A program made the translations under genes and the position numbers. A stretch of 64,000 nucleotides of DNA from Octopus sinensis (Eukaryota). This document shows positions 60,730 through 64,000 of this stretch, piece after piece. The stretch's first letter is position 1, and every line of letters starts with the position of its first letter. The notes under the pieces were generated by a model. The model saw only the letters and a program-made list of their open reading frames with translations, ran no database searches and had not been told where the DNA came from. The stretch lies in assembly GCF_006345805.1 (NCBI RefSeq), contig NC_043023.1:2232001-2296000 (forward strand), given 5' to 3'.

Positions 60730-61624
60730 CATACGATGGGCTTCTTTCAGTTTCCGTCTACCAAATCCACTCACAAGGCTTTGGTTGGCTTGAGGCTATA
60801 GCAGAAGACACTTGTCTTCTATTATAGGTGCCACGCGTGGGACTGAACCCAGAACTATGTAGTTGTTTAGCAAGCTATGTGTATATATGTATACATATAT
60901 ATATGTGTGTATATATATATATGTGTGTATTCATATATATGTATACAAATATATATGTATATCTGTAATATGTATATGTGTGTGTGTATTTATCTATCCA
61001 CATTATATATATGTGTGTGTGTGTGTATAAATACACACACACACACAAATTTGCATCTTTGTCTGAAGAATTATGGCTGAGAGATCCCATATACGTTTTC
61101 ATCATGTATATATAAATCCATTATGAATATATTATATTTATAATGCTCTTATTAATATCAATATTTATATTCCTAATGTAATTCCTCCACTGTAATGAAA
61201 CGCATAGCACGGAATCGAAAACATATCAAAAGAATCCCACGTTAACTCGGAGATAGGATTTAGAAATTTAGTCCCATTCATAGCAACCCTAATTGCTAAC
61301 TGTGAACTATGGAAAAACATTTTTCAGTTTATCAAACTTTGATATGAGAAAACCCTGCAACCTTCGATGCTAATAAACTGTTATTGTTCCTGGAAGTGTT
61401 TTTATGCCTACCACAGACTGATCAAAGCTTACTAACTTCCTACACCTAAATTCTTGGATCTAACAATTATATATACATATATATGTACGTAAGTATGTAT
61501 GTACATATGTACATACATACGTACATATGTACATACATACTTATATACATATATATACTTATATACATATATATGTATATACACATTTGATTGCTGGCGA
61601 GGCAGCAATATGTTTTGTAACCAT

Positions 61625-61900
61625 ACTCTTTTCACTCTTTCTACTCTTTTACTTGTTTCAGTCATTTGACTGTGGCCGTGCTGGAGCACTGCCTTTAGTT
61701 GAGCAAATCGACCCCAGGACTTATTCTTTGTAAGCCTAGTACTTATTCTATCAGTCTCTTTTGCAGACACACAAACATATACACACACACATACATATAT
61801 ATACATATATACGATGGGCTTCTTTCTGTTACCGTCTACCAAATCCACTCACAAGGCTTTGGTCAGCCCGAGGCTATAGTAGAAGACACTTGCCGAAGGT
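61625..61900 (-). mobile_element. SINE-A with internal deletion
   Basis: Tail and head halves joined. Confidence 0.75.
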
Positions 61901-62017
61901 GCCTAAGTATTTTATAGAATTCAAGGCCAACAATGTAAGTTACAACGTTTCATAAATGGCTATGTAAACAATGCTATGAAAGATAGAAAAAATAGTAAAA
62001 ACATGTAATGGTTGTAC

Positions 62018-62054
62018 ATGCACATTTCAAGTATTACTGCCCTTTCATCAGCAC
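62018..62054 (-). ncRNA. Degenerate hammerhead-like motif
   Basis: GTG-CTGATGA-AAG(GGCAGTAATA)CTT-GAAA-TG-TG-CAT; triplet GUG is non-cleavable. Confidence 0.35.
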
Positions 62055-62484
62055 CTCATGTAGGCTGTGAATTATCCACAAACACATTGCTTAAATACTT
62101 TCTAGTTTTAGAGGTGTAAAATAATTGGATAGATGAATATGCATATTAAGCTCATTACTTGCAACTTGAATGTATGTTTAATTGCTGGTAAGACAATATT
62201 TTCGTTTTGTAACCATTATACGCTGTTAAGTATATTGTAGGTTTTTAAGTCAATATTGTATCTCTGAAGAAAGAAAAATAAATAATAAAAATAATAAAAT
62301 TAACTTCTAACAGAAGTCAGTCTCAAAGGGGGACATGTTGTGGCGAGAGTCATTGACACCCCTGGGGTATTGGAAGAATGGACTAGCCAAACTCTTATAA
62401 AGAGTAGCGTATAGAGTCTCGCAACATACGTTGTGCGAACACCTTGATTTAACCTCTGCTACATTATATTATATATCTAACATT

Positions 62485-62865
62485 TACTCTTTTACTTGTT
62501 TCAATCATTTGACTGTGGCCATACTGGAGCACCGCCTTTAGTCGAGCAAATCAACCCCAAGACTTATTCTACTAGTAACTTTTGCCGAACCACTAGTTTA
62601 CAGGGAAGTAAACACACCAGCATCGGTGTGTTTACATCCCCAATGTTGGGGGGACGAACACAGACACACAAATATATACACACACATACATATATATATA
62701 TGCGACAGGCTTCTTTCAGTTTCCATCTACCAAATCCACTCACAAGGCTTTGGTTGGCCTGAGGCTATAGTAGAAGACATCTGCTCAAGATGCCACGCAG
62801 TGGGACTGAACCCGGAACCTTGTGGTTGGTAAGCAAGCTACTTACCACACTGCCGCTCCTGCACC
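62485..62865 (-). mobile_element. SINE-A, full length
   Basis: All modules on the minus strand. Confidence 0.85.
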
Positions 62866-63047
62866 TTTTATGCAACTATAATATACGACCAAGTATACTA
62901 AATATTTACTAATCAATACTATGCCTTACTTTTGTGTTAGCAGTGTAGTATTCTCATTTTTACATTTAGCTTTAGATTTTCTATAGAATTTAGATCCAGC
63001 AATGCAAGTTATGATGTTTCCTATTTAAATATGTGTATGTAAATAAG

Positions 63048-64000
63048 CTGGCGAGCTGGCAGAAACGTTAGCACGCCGGGCGAAATGCTTTGCGGTATTT
63101 TGTCTGCCGTTATGTTCTGAGTTCAAATTCTGCCAGAGTCAACTTTGCCGTTTATCTTTTCGGGATCAATAAATTAAGTACCAGTTACGCACTGGGGTCG
63201 ATATAATCGACTTAATCAGTTTATTTGTCCTCTCTGTGTTTAGCCCCTTGTGGGTAGTAAAGTAATAGGTATTTCATCTGCTGTTACGTTGTGAGTTCAA
63301 ATTCTGCCAAGGTCGACTTTGCCTTTCATCCTTTCGGGGTTGATTAAATAAGTACCAGTTACGCACTGGGGTTCAATATAATCGACTTAATCCGCTTGTC
63401 TGTCCTTGTTTGTCCTCTCTGTGTTTAGCCTCTTGTGGGTAGGAAAGAAATAGGTATTTTGTTTGTCTTTACATTCTGAATTCAAATTCCCCTGAGGTCA
63501 ACTTTGCCTTTCATCCTTTCAGGGCATCAATAAAAAAGTACCAGTTGCATACTGGGGTCAGTCTAATCGACTGCTCCCCCCCACCCCACAAATTTCAAGC
63601 CTTGTGCCTAGAGTAGAAAAGAATATTCTTCAAGCCATTTAGGCGGTGAGCTGGCAGAATCGTTAGCACACCGGGCGAAATGCTTAGCGGTATTTCGTCT
63701 GTCTTACGTTCTGAGTTCAAATTCCGCCGAGGTCGACTTTGCCTTTCATCCTTTCGGGGTCGATTAAATAAGTACCAGTTACGCACTAGGGTCGATATAA
63801 TCGACTTAATCCGTTTGTCTGTCCTTGTTTCTCCTCTTTGTGTTTAGCCCCTTGTGGGTAGTAAAGAAATAGGTATTTCGTCTGTCTTTATGTTCTGAGT
63901 TCAAATTCTGCTGAGGTCAACTTTGCCTTTCATCCTTTCAGGGTCAATTAAATTAGTACCAGTTACGCACTGGGGTTGATATAATCGACTTAATCCGTTT
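63048..64000 (+). mobile_element. SINE-B multimer array (head plus 3 units, head plus at least 2 units), runs off the window
   Basis: Units start near 63096, 63270, 63455, 63691 and 63875; second head at 63641. Confidence 0.9.

Overview
AT-rich, repeat-saturated eukaryotic DNA, most likely a large intron or intergenic region. The repeat families resemble those of octopod cephalopods (my recognition, not a database result). No intact host protein-coding gene can be supported: long ORFs in the track come from microsatellites or decayed transposon ORFs. Contents: (1) three tRNA-headed SINE families (labelled A, B, D; labels are mine); (2) 5'-truncated RTE-clade LINE ends; (3) Tc1/mariner relics of DD34D and DD37D type; (4) piggyBac-type TTAA MITEs and non-autonomous Helitrons with clean A|TC...CTAG|T ends; (5) a 150-bp satellite and an unclassified ~555-bp (AAT/ATT)n-flanked element (F). 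The most notable signal is a set of about nine minimal type I hammerhead-ribozyme (HHR) motifs of different sequence, three with intact catalytic cores. Several sit inside near-perfect 50-145 bp fold-back palindromes, typical of Penelope-like element (PLE) pseudo-LTR stubs; one is bounded by a 12-bp target-site duplication (TSD). Also notable: same-strand retroposon arrays built on (ATT)n, SINE 3'-tail swapping, a compensatory-changed LINE-tail stem-loop, and datable nested insertions. Boundaries of degenerate repeats are approximate.
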